Origin: Abditibacteriaceae bacterium
GTDB taxonomy: Bacteria > Armatimonadota > Abditibacteriia > Abditibacteriales > Abditibacteriaceae
NCBI GenBank assembly: GCA_965277285.1
Contig: OZ255721.1
Coordinates: forward strand, 3,168,001 to 3,232,000
DNA: 64,000 nucleotides
Reading direction: 5' to 3'
Shown here: positions 30,578 to 40,392 of the stretch, in pieces
Layout: each line of letters opens with the position of its first letter
Position numbering within the stretch: the first letter of the stretch is position 1
Position numbers and translations under genes: made by a program
The notes under the pieces: model-generated
What the model was told of the DNA's origin: nothing
What the model saw: only the letters and a program-made list of their open reading frames with translations
Databases searched by the model: none

Positions 30578-30725
30578 GTCGTTTCCGCTTTTGTCGTTTC
30601 CGCTTTTGTCGTTTCCGCTTTTGTCGTTTCCGCTTTTGTCGTTTCCGCTTTTGTCGTTTCCGCTTTTGTCGTTTCCGCTTTTGTCGTTTCCGCTTTTGTC
30701 GTTTCCGCTTTTGTCGTTTCCGCTT
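30571..30725. repeat. Perfect tandem repeat, 15 bp x 10 (CGCTTTTGTCGTTTC)
   Basis: Ten identical adjacent units plus a 5-bp partial unit, no spacers. Confidence 0.97.
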
Positions 30726-31129
30726 AGCCATTTAACATTCGTCGTCAGGGGAATAAACACGCAATATGCTCTGTATGAGGAATTTCTGACCGCTGCGTCG
30801 CATTCGAGTACTCGATTTGTCTTTGGATTGATGTCTTGAAGCGCAAAATCGGGCACAGGATAGACCAAAATGTTTGAACCGAATTCAAGATGGGTATACT
30901 ATAAGAAAATTGCGCATTCGTATGTGCAAACAGTTTTGTTGAACGAATTGTTTGCAGTTTTGATGCTCACTGAGATTGCGTCAGCTCTTTCACTTTCCGC
31001 TTTGCCAGTGTGAGCGAAAGTGCCCACTGTGCTTTTTGTTTCAATCATTGAAGCAATCAAATATCCTGGTTTCAAGTGCGCTTGCTTTGCGCCAATGGTA
31101 GTAAAAAACATTCTTGGAGAAACATTGCA

Positions 31130-33022
31130 ATGAAGACACAAACGTTCAAAGCCGCTGTCCTGGGGTCGGCTCTGGCGGCGCTGGGTTTGAGTACGGCCAG
31201 TTGTGGAAACGCCGCGTCCTCCTCGGGAGCGGCTTCGACAACTTCTGTGACATCAATACCCGTTTCCGTATCTACAGCCGCATCTGCGTCCGCGCCATCG
31301 GTTGTCAAACTTGTGAAAAAGGGTAACGGATTTCAATTGCTGCGCAATGGTCGTCCTTATATCATCAAGGGCGCTGGCGGCGATGGGTCGAAAACCGCGC
31401 TTTTGGCGACGGGCGCCAATTCGTGGCGCACCTGGGGCGCTGACAACCTCGACGATCAACTAAACCAGGCGCAAAAACTGGGCATGACCGTGACCGTCGG
31501 TATGTGGCTTGGCCACACGGATAACGGTTTCGATTATCACAATGCCCAGCAAGTGGCCGACCAGTTGGCGAACGCCAAAAAAGCCATTGATCGTTATAAA
31601 AACCATCCCGCGCTTTTGATGTGGGGCATCGGCAACGAAATGGAAAGCGGTATTCCCGACAACGATCCCGCTGTCTGGCAGGCGATTGAGGCGATTGCCG
31701 CTTATGCCAAAAAAGTCGATCCCAATCACCCGACGATGACTGTGGTGGCTGAAATCGGCGGCGCGAAAGTGGCGAACATCAACAAGTATTGCCCCGATAT
31801 TGATGTCATCGGCATCAACAGTTATGGTGGTGCGCCATCATTGCCGCAGCGATACATCAAAGCTGGTGGCGTCAAGCCGTATGTGCTAACCGAGTTTGGC
31901 CCTCCAGGAACTTGGGAGCAGGGCAAGAACAGTTGGGGCGTTGTGCCCGAACTGACTTCGACACAAAAAGGACAAATGTACGCCAACGCGTGGAACATCG
32001 CTGTTGCCAAAAACCCGATGGCGTTGGGCGGTTACGCTTTCACCTGGGGCAACAAGCAGGAAGCGTCCGCGACATGGTACGGAATGTTGTTGCCCGATGG
32101 CGAGCGTTTGGCGGCGGTCGATGCGCTGCAAACGATCTGGTCGGGCAAGACACCGGCGAATCGAGTACCGGAAATGAATGGTCTCAAATTAACCACGCCC
32201 GACCGCGTTCAGCCCGGTGGCACGGTGCGCGCGGTTTTGACAACCGTCGATCCCGAAAAAGACCCGTTGAAAGTTCAATGGGTTTTGCAACTCGATCCGG
32301 CGACGTATAGCACTGGCGGCGCGACCGAAGCAATTCCTCCGACTTATCCCGAAGCGATCGTCAAGTCCGACAACACGTCGTGCGAAGTCAAAATGCCGCG
32401 CGGCGGCGGAGCTTATCGCTTGTTCGCCGTTGTTCACGATAACCACAACGGCGCGGCCATCGGCAACATTCCGCTTTTTGTCGAAGGCAACGAACCAACT
32501 GAAGCGCCAAAGTCAGCTACCGCCACACTGCCGTATGCGATTTATACCGACGCCGGAGCGAACACGACCTTCATTCCCTCGGGTTATATGGGCACGACCG
32601 CTAATATCAAAATGGCGGAAGACGATACTACCAATCCGCACAGCGGCAAAACCGACATCAAGGCGCAATATACTTCGGGCAGCGGTTGGGGCGGCGTAGT
32701 CTGGCAAAGCCCGGCCAACGATTGGGGCGATCAGCCCGGCGGCGTCGATTTGACGGGCGCCAAAAAACTGACCTTCTGGGCGCGCGGCGACAAAGGCGGC
32801 GAAGAAGTGGAATTCAGCTTTGGCCTGATCAAGAACGATAAGAAGTACTTCGATACCGGCACTGCGACCACGGGCAAGGTCAGGCTTTCGCCGACCTGGA
32901 GGCAGTACTCGATTGACTTGACTAATCAGGATATGTCGCGCATCAAAACCGGCTTTTGCTGGATTGTTGGCGCGAATGGCCAGCCCGTCACGTTCTATCT
33001 CGACGACATCAAATACGAGTAA
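31130..33022 (+). CDS. Exported clan GH-A glycoside hydrolase (GH2-like TIM barrel, possibly GH158) with C-terminal CBM-like domain
   Basis: Lipoprotein-like LSTASC; KGAGG, GANSWRTWG, WGIGNE (acid/base), LTEFGP (nucleophile); C-terminal LTFWARG...FYLDDI beta-sandwich. Confidence 0.75.
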   Translation: MKTQTFKAAVLGSALAALGLSTASCGNAASSSGAASTTSVTSIPVSVSTAASASAPSVVKLVKKGNGFQLLRNGRPYIIKGAGGDGSKTALLATGANSWRTWGADNLDDQLNQAQKLGMTVTVGMWLGHTDNGFDYHNAQQVADQLANAKKAIDRYKNHPALLMWGIGNEMESGIPDNDPAVWQAIEAIAAYAKKVDPNHPTMTVVAEIGGAKVANINKYCPDIDVIGINSYGGAPSLPQRYIKAGGVKPYVLTEFGPPGTWEQGKNSWGVVPELTSTQKGQMYANAWNIAVAKNPMALGGYAFTWGNKQEASATWYGMLLPDGERLAAVDALQTIWSGKTPANRVPEMNGLKLTTPDRVQPGGTVRAVLTTVDPEKDPLKVQWVLQLDPATYSTGGATEAIPPTYPEAIVKSDNTSCEVKMPRGGGAYRLFAVVHDNHNGAAIGNIPLFVEGNEPTEAPKSATATLPYAIYTDAGANTTFIPSGYMGTTANIKMAEDDTTNPHSGKTDIKAQYTSGSGWGGVVWQSPANDWGDQPGGVDLTGAKKLTFWARGDKGGEEVEFSFGLIKNDKKYFDTGTATTGKVRLSPTWRQYSIDLTNQDMSRIKTGFCWIVGANGQPVTFYLDDIKYE

Positions 33023-33258
33023 AGCCGATGAGCCTTGACCGCACGATGCAACCAAATATCCGTCTTTCAAACGCGCGAATCTTTATGGTTCGCGCGTTTT
33101 TGTTGTTTCATTCATCCCAAACGAGATTTTTCTGCAACCAACACTTCAATACTTGGACGATTGTAACGTGCCATTCGCCGGAACCGACTTGACGAATGCG
33201 CAAACGTGTTTGATCAACGCGGCCAATATTTATCACTAATCCAGGCGAGTTTTGTGGC

Positions 33259-34299
33259 TTATCGAGTACTCGAAAGTCGTCCCGTCGACAGCGCGTTCGC
33301 AATAACACTGTTAAAGACATTCTTTTTCGCAGCCAGTAAAGCTTTCTGGTTGCGCGCGAAACGTTGGCCGATGAACAACAGCGAATCGTGGTAATGTTGT
33401 CCCCAATATTCCCAGGTGTGGCGGCCTGGAAAAACGTGCGCCGCGAAATCCAAACGGCGGCTTTGCATCAATGCCTGCATTTGCTTGAACTCAGGCAATT
33501 CCTCGTCGCGCTGCCCAATGTCCATATAAAAGCTGAGGCCTTGTTGCGGCGTAACGAGTCGCATCGTTTTGGTCGGGTCATTGGCGTTCCACAACGGGCC
33601 GGGCGCGCCTAAAATGTTCGTCATATTTTGCACGTCGTCGTTCGGGCTGAAAAAGCCGGTGTGCGAGGCGCCGATTGTCCAAATGTCGGGATGCTTCAAA
33701 ATGAGGTTGAATGCGGCATAACCTCCAGCCGAAACGCCGACGATGGCGCGCATTTTCGCATTTGGAATCGTGCGATATTTGGTGTCCATCCACGGCACCA
33801 GTTCGTGCATCATGAAACTTTCCATTTGCCAGGTGCCGTCGGCGCGATCCAGAAAGTTCGTCACATCGGCGGGATTGGCCGGGCCGTGACCATCGAAGGA
33901 AACCAGAATGACGGGCGGAATTCGGTGCGACAAAATCAATTGTTCGGTGGTGTCGTGAATCTGGCCTTTGACGAAACAATCGCGCACTTCGCCGGGCATT
34001 CCGTGCAAAACGTAAATGACCGGGTATCGAGTACTCGATGTGCTGTAACCTGGCGGCAGATAAACCCAGGCGGTGATTTTTCGATGCAGGCGCGGACTCA
34101 TCGGCATCGAAATGCGAATCATTTTACCGGCGAGTTTTTCGTTAAAAATCGCGTTTTCCTGGCGTGTGTGAAACCATCGCAAATAGCGCGGCCAGCCAAA
34201 CCAGTAACCCAGAAAGGCGACAACTGCAAGAACTGCAAACGCTAAAAGTCGCGGCCACCAGAGAGTTTTGCGCCGCGCAGGTTGTGGAATTTGCGTCAT
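33259..34299 (-). CDS. Membrane-anchored alpha/beta-hydrolase esterase (CE1/Fes-like)
   Basis: VYLPPGY, YPVIYVLHG, GVSAGG nucleophile elbow, GRHTWEYW. Confidence 0.88.
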   Translation of the reverse strand: MTQIPQPARRKTLWWPRLLAFAVLAVVAFLGYWFGWPRYLRWFHTRQENAIFNEKLAGKMIRISMPMSPRLHRKITAWVYLPPGYSTSSTRYPVIYVLHGMPGEVRDCFVKGQIHDTTEQLILSHRIPPVILVSFDGHGPANPADVTNFLDRADGTWQMESFMMHELVPWMDTKYRTIPNAKMRAIVGVSAGGYAAFNLILKHPDIWTIGASHTGFFSPNDDVQNMTNILGAPGPLWNANDPTKTMRLVTPQQGLSFYMDIGQRDEELPEFKQMQALMQSRRLDFAAHVFPGRHTWEYWGQHYHDSLLFIGQRFARNQKALLAAKKNVFNSVIANALSTGRLSSTR

Positions 34300-34321
34300 T
34301 GTTATTTTTGATGTTGAGAAA

Positions 34322-34613
34322 AGGACACGGCAGCTTTACCGACGCGGATTGAACGGATAAATACGGATCGAAATTAAATTAGACTTTCTGCATGGTCTCG
34401 CAGTTTGTCATTCTGAGCGTAGCGAAGAATCTAACTGAACATAGATTCTTCGCTACGCTCAGAATGACAAACTGCGATTTTTAGGGCGTTTCGCGTACTT
34501 TGTTTACAACTTCTCAGAGTGACAAACTTTAAGACTATACAAACTGCCTCTTGAAAATCCGTGTTCATCTGTCCCGGGTGCCCTTTGGGCGGATGTAACG
34601 AAGTTCCGTGTCC
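34322..34613. repeat. Composite repeat: outer GGACACGG arms with REP family A inside (34398-34477)
   Basis: GGACACGG...CCGTGTCC outer arms; perfect TCGCAGTTTGTCATTCTGAGCGTAGCGAAGAATCT / AGATTCTTCGCTACGCTCAGAATGACAAACTGCGA. Confidence 0.8.
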
Positions 34614-34625
34614 CAACTTCTATTT

Positions 34626-36545
34626 TTAGCCGCTTCTCAAATGCTTGAAGAATTGCCACCACGAGCTTTGTCCCGAATCGGCGCGAATGATCGCGGTGGC
34701 AACCGAAGGCAAACCCGCCGCGCCAGAATAAGCCAAAAACAAAGGTCGCCACTTGGGATCAAATTTTTCCTTGAAAGCGTGCAAGCCCTTGAAGTTATAA
34801 AACTGGTTGATGTGTTCGTACATGAAGTGCATCGCTTTTTCGGTCGCCGGGTCTTCGCTGTGTTCGCCGACCATCGCAAACGGGCTGGGGCCGACGTTGA
34901 AGGTATCGAAGCCTTGCGTCTTCGCCCACTCAAACAGCGATACGAACAAAAACTCCATGGTGCCTTTGGCGCAATCGGGGCTACGACGCATCAGGTCAAC
35001 TGTCGATTCGTTCAACTGATATTCGGAAACGATGTTGGCGAAGGCGGTGATTTCGCCGTCCGCGTCGTGAATCGCCAGTACCGGACAGGCGCGAATGTAA
35101 GCGTCTTCAAACGAACCCAGCGAAAACTGTTTTTCGCTGCCGTGCATCATCGCCAGCCATTCGTCGCTGACTTCGCGCAACTCTTTCATCAACGCGTCCG
35201 AGAGCGGCGGTTGATGAACTTCGGCACGGTAACCTTGTTTTTTTAAGCTGTTGAGAATGTTGCGCGTGTTCTTGTGGCTTTTGCCGTCGAGAGAAAAATT
35301 TTGCACATCGACAATCGCTTCGTGCCCGATGCGCAGCAGCAATAAACCGGCGTCGCGGTACACATTCGAGTACTCGTCATAGACTTCGTAGAACGCGGCG
35401 CGCCAATCGTTGCGCTCGCACCATTCGACCCAGCCGTGAATCGCGGCGGCAGCATCTTCGCACGGCCCAATCGGATCGCCCATCGAAACCGCCACGCGAC
35501 CGACCACCGCAAACGCCACGACCGAGCCGCCTTCACTGAACCAATAGCGTTTATCATCGAAAAGCGCACAAAACGCGAACGCCGTTCGACCATATTTTTC
35601 AACGATTTCTCGTGCTCGCTGGCGTTCTTTGACGGAAACCGGTTGACGCAAAACGACGGGACGCACCAACATCCAGGTCGCGTAGCTGAAGGTGAAAAAG
35701 GCGACAAAGTAAATCGAATCGGCGAACCATTGACCAAAACGCGTCACCGGTTCCACGCTGGGATCGTAAAATTGCGTGAACATCGTCAGCGTTTGCCAAG
35801 CCGCGGCGCGCCATCCGAAGTGGACGTTAAAATGCGTGTCCAATAGGAAAAACCCCAGCGTTCCATAAGCCAGCGTGAAGAAAAACGCCGCGACGCACAT
35901 CATCACGCCTTGTCGCACCGAAGGCGCATCGGAACGCGCGTGAAAATGGCGCCGCGCGATCCACAGCCACGAGGCTAAAAACAGCGCGAAAGCCGCTTCT
36001 TCGTAGTCTAATCCTTTGGTCAGGTGCGCGATTTGCGAAACGATGAGGACGCCAATCGTCAGCGCCCACGCGACTTGCTTGCGACGCCACAAACTAAGCG
36101 CCAGTAAGCACAGCGCGAAACCCGCCAAAGCCGTCGCCAGATGGCTGCCGCGCCGCACTTCCAAAGGCAGCATTTCACGCAAAATTGTCATGCGGTCGGG
36201 CAAGCCTGGCGTCACCGTCGACCACAAATTGACCAATCCCATCAAACCCGTCAAGATCGCCGGAACTTGAACGCTCCATAAAGCGCGCCGCCGCGCCGCA
36301 AACTTCGGATGCGCATGAGACACAGCCAAAGGCGGCTCAGGCACATCTTTATTCACGTTCGTCGGCACCTCATTTATTGATGTCGTGCGATCAAGATCTG
36401 CCATTCGAGTACTCGAAGTCTTGCCGTCCGAAGTCTCTTCGATAAAACCGGTGGACGACGCCACCTTTTGAGATTGCTCGTGCACGACGTTTCCATTTAT
36501 GACGGTCTCGTTCACGACGTTTTCGTTCACGACGTTTTCGTTCAC
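34626..36545 (-). CDS. Aminoacyl-phosphatidylglycerol synthase (MprF/LysX C-terminal DUF2156 domain plus TM region)
   Basis: KGLDYEEA, GDPIG, EKQFSLG, VDLMRR, YNFKGLHAFKEKFDPKW; GTG at 36545 overlaps the upstream TGA (GTGA coupling). Confidence 0.9.
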   Translation of the reverse strand: MNENVVNENVVNETVINGNVVHEQSQKVASSTGFIEETSDGKTSSTRMADLDRTTSINEVPTNVNKDVPEPPLAVSHAHPKFAARRRALWSVQVPAILTGLMGLVNLWSTVTPGLPDRMTILREMLPLEVRRGSHLATALAGFALCLLALSLWRRKQVAWALTIGVLIVSQIAHLTKGLDYEEAAFALFLASWLWIARRHFHARSDAPSVRQGVMMCVAAFFFTLAYGTLGFFLLDTHFNVHFGWRAAAWQTLTMFTQFYDPSVEPVTRFGQWFADSIYFVAFFTFSYATWMLVRPVVLRQPVSVKERQRAREIVEKYGRTAFAFCALFDDKRYWFSEGGSVVAFAVVGRVAVSMGDPIGPCEDAAAAIHGWVEWCERNDWRAAFYEVYDEYSNVYRDAGLLLLRIGHEAIVDVQNFSLDGKSHKNTRNILNSLKKQGYRAEVHQPPLSDALMKELREVSDEWLAMMHGSEKQFSLGSFEDAYIRACPVLAIHDADGEITAFANIVSEYQLNESTVDLMRRSPDCAKGTMEFLFVSLFEWAKTQGFDTFNVGPSPFAMVGEHSEDPATEKAMHFMYEHINQFYNFKGLHAFKEKFDPKWRPLFLAYSGAAGLPSVATAIIRADSGQSSWWQFFKHLRSG

Positions 36546-37621
36546 GGTAACGGGGTCTGGTTGGGTTTTTCGTTGAGGTTTGCGAGGTTGGGTTGAGAGT
36601 TCGTTGTCCATCGGAGAGCCAAAAATCCTATCCACAAAGGCATCCAAAAACTAAGTCCGCGATACGCCAGAACGGCGACTGCGGCGCGTTCGATTGGCAC
36701 GCCCAGGCTGGCGAAAACGGCTGTCATCACGCCTTCGACGACGCCTAATCCTTGCGGCGTGACAGAAACTACCAGAAATAACGTGCCGATGCTATAACCT
36801 ATCACAAGCAAAGGCAACGTTATCGCTGTTGCGTGATGATGCAAATGAGGAATCACCGCAGGAAACGCTTGAAAACACGCCGCCAGAACCGCAATTTCCA
36901 AACTGTCCACCAAAATCGCGTGCAAAATAGGACGAAGCAGTTTCGTGTGTGAACCTTGCAATTGCCTGACGGAAGCGCCGAAACCTTCAATGAAATGCAC
37001 GATTTCTGTGGTCGGAAACAGCGCGCGATGCACCATTTTCTGCGACATAACATTGATGCGCTGACCCGCATTTTCGAGTACTCGAAGAAAGGTTCGCGGA
37101 CGCACAGCCAGGAAAATTAAGGCGAAAGCGGCCAGTGCAAGAACGGTGAAAAGTGTTGCGGCGGCGGCGCTTTCCGCTGGCAGCAATTCGTGGCGGCGCG
37201 ACAGAAACGCCAGACTCAGCATCAATAAAACGCCGAACCAGACGAAATTGAGCGCGAAATAAAGCGTGTTGGCCAGCGCTGCGCGGCCCATATCGAATCC
37301 ACGCAGGCGCGCATCGTTCATTAAAAGCGCGGTGCCGCCCAAGCCAGCCGACGGCGTGACAACATTGAGAAAATGACCGGCCAACACGTTGGGCCACAAA
37401 TCGCGCCAGTGAATCGGCAGATCGAGAGACGCATAAAGCGCTTGATAAAACGAGGTCTGATTGGCCAGAGTGCCCAATTGTAACCAAATAGCGACGCCAA
37501 TCCACAAAGGTTGCCCGCGTTTCAGGGTGCGCAAAAGCGCTTCGCCCTGCGCGAAGTGGCCGAGCAGAAAGACGCCAAACGCCAGCACCAGAAAAAGAAA
37601 AACGACTTTGCGCCAGTTCAT
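36542..37621 (-). CDS. Lysylphosphatidylglycerol synthase TM / flippase-like protein
   Basis: Multiple TM segments, TPSAGLGG, TPQGLGVVEG, YRGLSFWMP motifs. Confidence 0.88.
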   Translation of the reverse strand: MNWRKVVFLFLVLAFGVFLLGHFAQGEALLRTLKRGQPLWIGVAIWLQLGTLANQTSFYQALYASLDLPIHWRDLWPNVLAGHFLNVVTPSAGLGGTALLMNDARLRGFDMGRAALANTLYFALNFVWFGVLLMLSLAFLSRRHELLPAESAAAATLFTVLALAAFALIFLAVRPRTFLRVLENAGQRINVMSQKMVHRALFPTTEIVHFIEGFGASVRQLQGSHTKLLRPILHAILVDSLEIAVLAACFQAFPAVIPHLHHHATAITLPLLVIGYSIGTLFLVVSVTPQGLGVVEGVMTAVFASLGVPIERAAVAVLAYRGLSFWMPLWIGFLALRWTTNSQPNLANLNEKPNQTPLP

Positions 37622-37920
37622 CGATAAAAACGGAAATTCAGGTTACAACACGATATTCGAGTACTCGAAATGCAGAAGGTGAAACTTTCAACGCGATTCG
37701 CGCGCAATTGTCACAGCGATGCTCATCATAATGGCAACTTGGGTTAATTAATAGAAGCTAAATTATGAACACAACTGAAATCTTGAAGCTGTTAGTTTGT
37801 CATTCGGAGCAGTTATTTGATATATACGATGCCTTGGAGGCAAAATAGCGAAAAGCGACGTTGAAAGCGCCGCGAACACTTGAGGTTCGCGGCGCGCGGT
37901 TTCTGACAAAAAGCAAGTTC

Positions 37921-38721
37921 TTACAACCCGCGTACAAAGGCTTGCAAACGGCGGTTGAACTCTTGCGGGCGTTCCAGGTTGGTCAGGTGGCCGGCTTGCG
38001 GAATAAGGTGAATTTCGGCTTTGGGAATGTAGTGCGCCAGCAAATGTCCCGACTGTGGAGGCGTGATGGTATCTTCGTAGCCGACCATGACCAGCGTTGG
38101 AACTTTGATTTTTTCCAAATACGGCGTAGCGTCGGGGCGGTCGCGCAAGGCTTCCAAAAGTTGCACAATGGCAGCGGAAGAGATCGTTGTGTCACCCATC
38201 ATTTGCCGCACCTTTTCAACCAGAGCGCGGCGCGTGGTGTGCGTTGTTTCGCCCAGCAAGTTGGGCAGCATTCGTTCAAAAAATTCAGATGGCTCGTGCG
38301 TTCGTGCGAACTCGATGTTTTCTTCGCGTTTTTCGCGCGCTTCGGGTGAATCGGGCGCGGCTTGTGTATCGCTCAAAATTAGAGCGCTCAAGCGCTGCGG
38401 ATACATTCGCGCGAACGCCAGAGCGACATAACCACCCATTGAAAGGCCGCACAAAATAATCGGTTGCGCCAGGTTCATGTCGTTCAGCAACAACGCCAAA
38501 TCGTGCGCCATTTGCTCGACCGACGGCGCGCTGGTAAAAGGCGAAGTACCGCCGACGCCGCGCGCATTGGGCGCGATGACCTTGAACTCTTTGGCGAGCA
38601 GATCGATTTGGGCGCGCCACATCACGTTGGAAAGCGGAAAGGCGTGCAAAAACACGACGGGCGTACCTTTGCCGCGTTTGTCGTATTCGATTTCACCGGC
38701 GTCTTCAATGTGCCGCTTCAT
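37921..38721 (-). CDS. Alpha/beta hydrolase (enol-lactonase-like)
   Basis: FLHAFPL, GLSMGG, GYEDTITP, AGHLTNLE. Confidence 0.9.
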   Translation of the reverse strand: MKRHIEDAGEIEYDKRGKGTPVVFLHAFPLSNVMWRAQIDLLAKEFKVIAPNARGVGGTSPFTSAPSVEQMAHDLALLLNDMNLAQPIILCGLSMGGYVALAFARMYPQRLSALILSDTQAAPDSPEAREKREENIEFARTHEPSEFFERMLPNLLGETTHTTRRALVEKVRQMMGDTTISSAAIVQLLEALRDRPDATPYLEKIKVPTLVMVGYEDTITPPQSGHLLAHYIPKAEIHLIPQAGHLTNLERPQEFNRRLQAFVRGL

Positions 38722-38870
38722 CGCTGTTCTAACTCCTCATTCTCATCCTGATTCTCATCCTGCAAACCGTGCTCGAGTACTCGAACCTGGGACATTTCCC
38801 ACTATATTCGCAAACATTTGGCCTTTGAACGTCTCAATCTTATCCGAAACGCCAGACTTCAGTAATGCTT

Positions 38871-40265
38871 TCACACCAGAGCGCCTTGATTGCGCAAGGT
38901 TTTTTGTAGTATGCAGCCAATTCCGCGCGGCGCGATTTTGCTCTTGACGCAAAGCGCCGCTGCGGTTCCTGCCGCTTGACCCATCGCAAAACAGGTCGGC
39001 GTTAATCGCGTTGAAGCGTGGCCTTCGTGCGTCGCGGAAATGCAGCGTCCTGCCACGATTAAATTATCTAAACCTAATGGTAGCAAGGCGCGAAACGGAA
39101 TTTCATACCAATCGGATGGCGGCAAGCTTGTCACCAAACCGTGTCCCGTCGGCGCGTGAATATCAACCGGATAGGCCGAACGCGCGATGCAATCTTCAAA
39201 CTTGGCGCCGCTCACGACATCGTTTTCGGTTAAAAGATAATCGCCCACGATGCGCCGCGATTCGCGCACGCCGATCTGCGTCGGAATCGTCGAAATATAA
39301 GCGTTTTGAAAACCATCAATTTCTTGCACAAACCACTCCGCTAAAACGCCGACTTGGCGCCGTCCTTCGATTTCGGCCTGGCTTAAATCGAAACCATTCG
39401 CGCCATCCAACTGCGTGACGCGACTGGTGTTGATAAAGCATTCATCAGCGCGAATGCCCGCGAAAAACAACAAGCGGTCGCGCGGAATGCCCAACTTTGC
39501 GGCATCTTTGCGCCATTTCGTGAAATAGCCGGAAACGCCCGTCAAAGGTGCGCCACGCCGCAAATCATCGAACAAGGTTTCGTCGTGAAACTCGTGCGGA
39601 TTGTCCAAGATATAACGACGAATCGGCGCCCAATCGACGCCGCTCATGCGGAAATACATCGTCATCGGCTGCGTTTGCAACGTTTGCGTTTGCAACGCTT
39701 CTGTTCCCGAATCGAGTACTCGATGTTGCATTGGCGCGCCGCCGCGAAAAGCGACATCGGCATCGCCCGTTGTATCGATGAAAATCTTGGCCGCAACGGA
39801 AAACTCGCCGCTTTTATTAACGATGCGCACCGCTTTGATGCGGTCGTTTGCGCGTTCGACATCGGTTACAAATTCGACATCGATTACAAAAGCGTGCAGC
39901 AAAAGTTGCGCGCCGCTTTCGTGGAGCATTTGCAGCATGACTTGCTTGCACAAATCGGGATCGAAGGGCGTCAGCGAATGAACGAAACCGATGCTGTCGC
40001 GCAAATGACCGACGGCGCCGCCAACTTTGCACAAACGATCCACCAATTCTTGTCCCAGTCCGGCCAAAACTTGTTCGCCACGCTTGTTGTGAAAACTGAG
40101 CCAGGGATGCACCAGCGCCGCAGTTGACGAGCCACCTGGAAAACCGTAGCGTTCGATGAGCAGCGTGCGTGCGCCGTTGCGCGCCGCGGCAATTGCAGCC
40201 ATCACACCAGACGGCCCGCCGCCACAAACTACGACATCGAAATTGTTCAAATCAAAAGCAGCCAC
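38871..40265 (-). CDS. FAD-dependent oxidoreductase
   Basis: DVVVCGGGPSG Rossmann motif, FIDTTGDAD, GVRESRRI, AGRCIS, MGQAAG; true start near GTG 40265. Confidence 0.88.
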   Translation of the reverse strand: MAAFDLNNFDVVVCGGGPSGVMAAIAAARNGARTLLIERYGFPGGSSTAALVHPWLSFHNKRGEQVLAGLGQELVDRLCKVGGAVGHLRDSIGFVHSLTPFDPDLCKQVMLQMLHESGAQLLLHAFVIDVEFVTDVERANDRIKAVRIVNKSGEFSVAAKIFIDTTGDADVAFRGGAPMQHRVLDSGTEALQTQTLQTQPMTMYFRMSGVDWAPIRRYILDNPHEFHDETLFDDLRRGAPLTGVSGYFTKWRKDAAKLGIPRDRLLFFAGIRADECFINTSRVTQLDGANGFDLSQAEIEGRRQVGVLAEWFVQEIDGFQNAYISTIPTQIGVRESRRIVGDYLLTENDVVSGAKFEDCIARSAYPVDIHAPTGHGLVTSLPPSDWYEIPFRALLPLGLDNLIVAGRCISATHEGHASTRLTPTCFAMGQAAGTAAALCVKSKIAPRGIGCILQKTLRNQGALV

Positions 40266-40392
40266 AGCTTCATTATAGCGCGACAAGTTTGTGTTTATGC
40301 GAGAGCGTGCATTCCAAATCGTTGAGAAAAGCGATAAAAAAATGGAAGAAGTATACTTGTCTTCCTTCAAATTATCGTTCGATAACTCTTTC

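Noticed and set aside
30571..30725. Possible CRISPR array
   Set aside because: Units are 15 bp, directly adjacent, with no spacers; no cas genes in the window.
30319..30868. ORFs made of FRFCR, VVSAF, LLSFP, KRKRQ or SGNDK repeats
   Set aside because: By-products of a stop-free tandem repeat; no independent coding evidence.
37670..37860. AT-rich intergenic stretch as a possible sRNA or origin
   Set aside because: Only a partial REP-A remnant and promoter-like AT tracts; no DnaA-box cluster or recognisable RNA fold.
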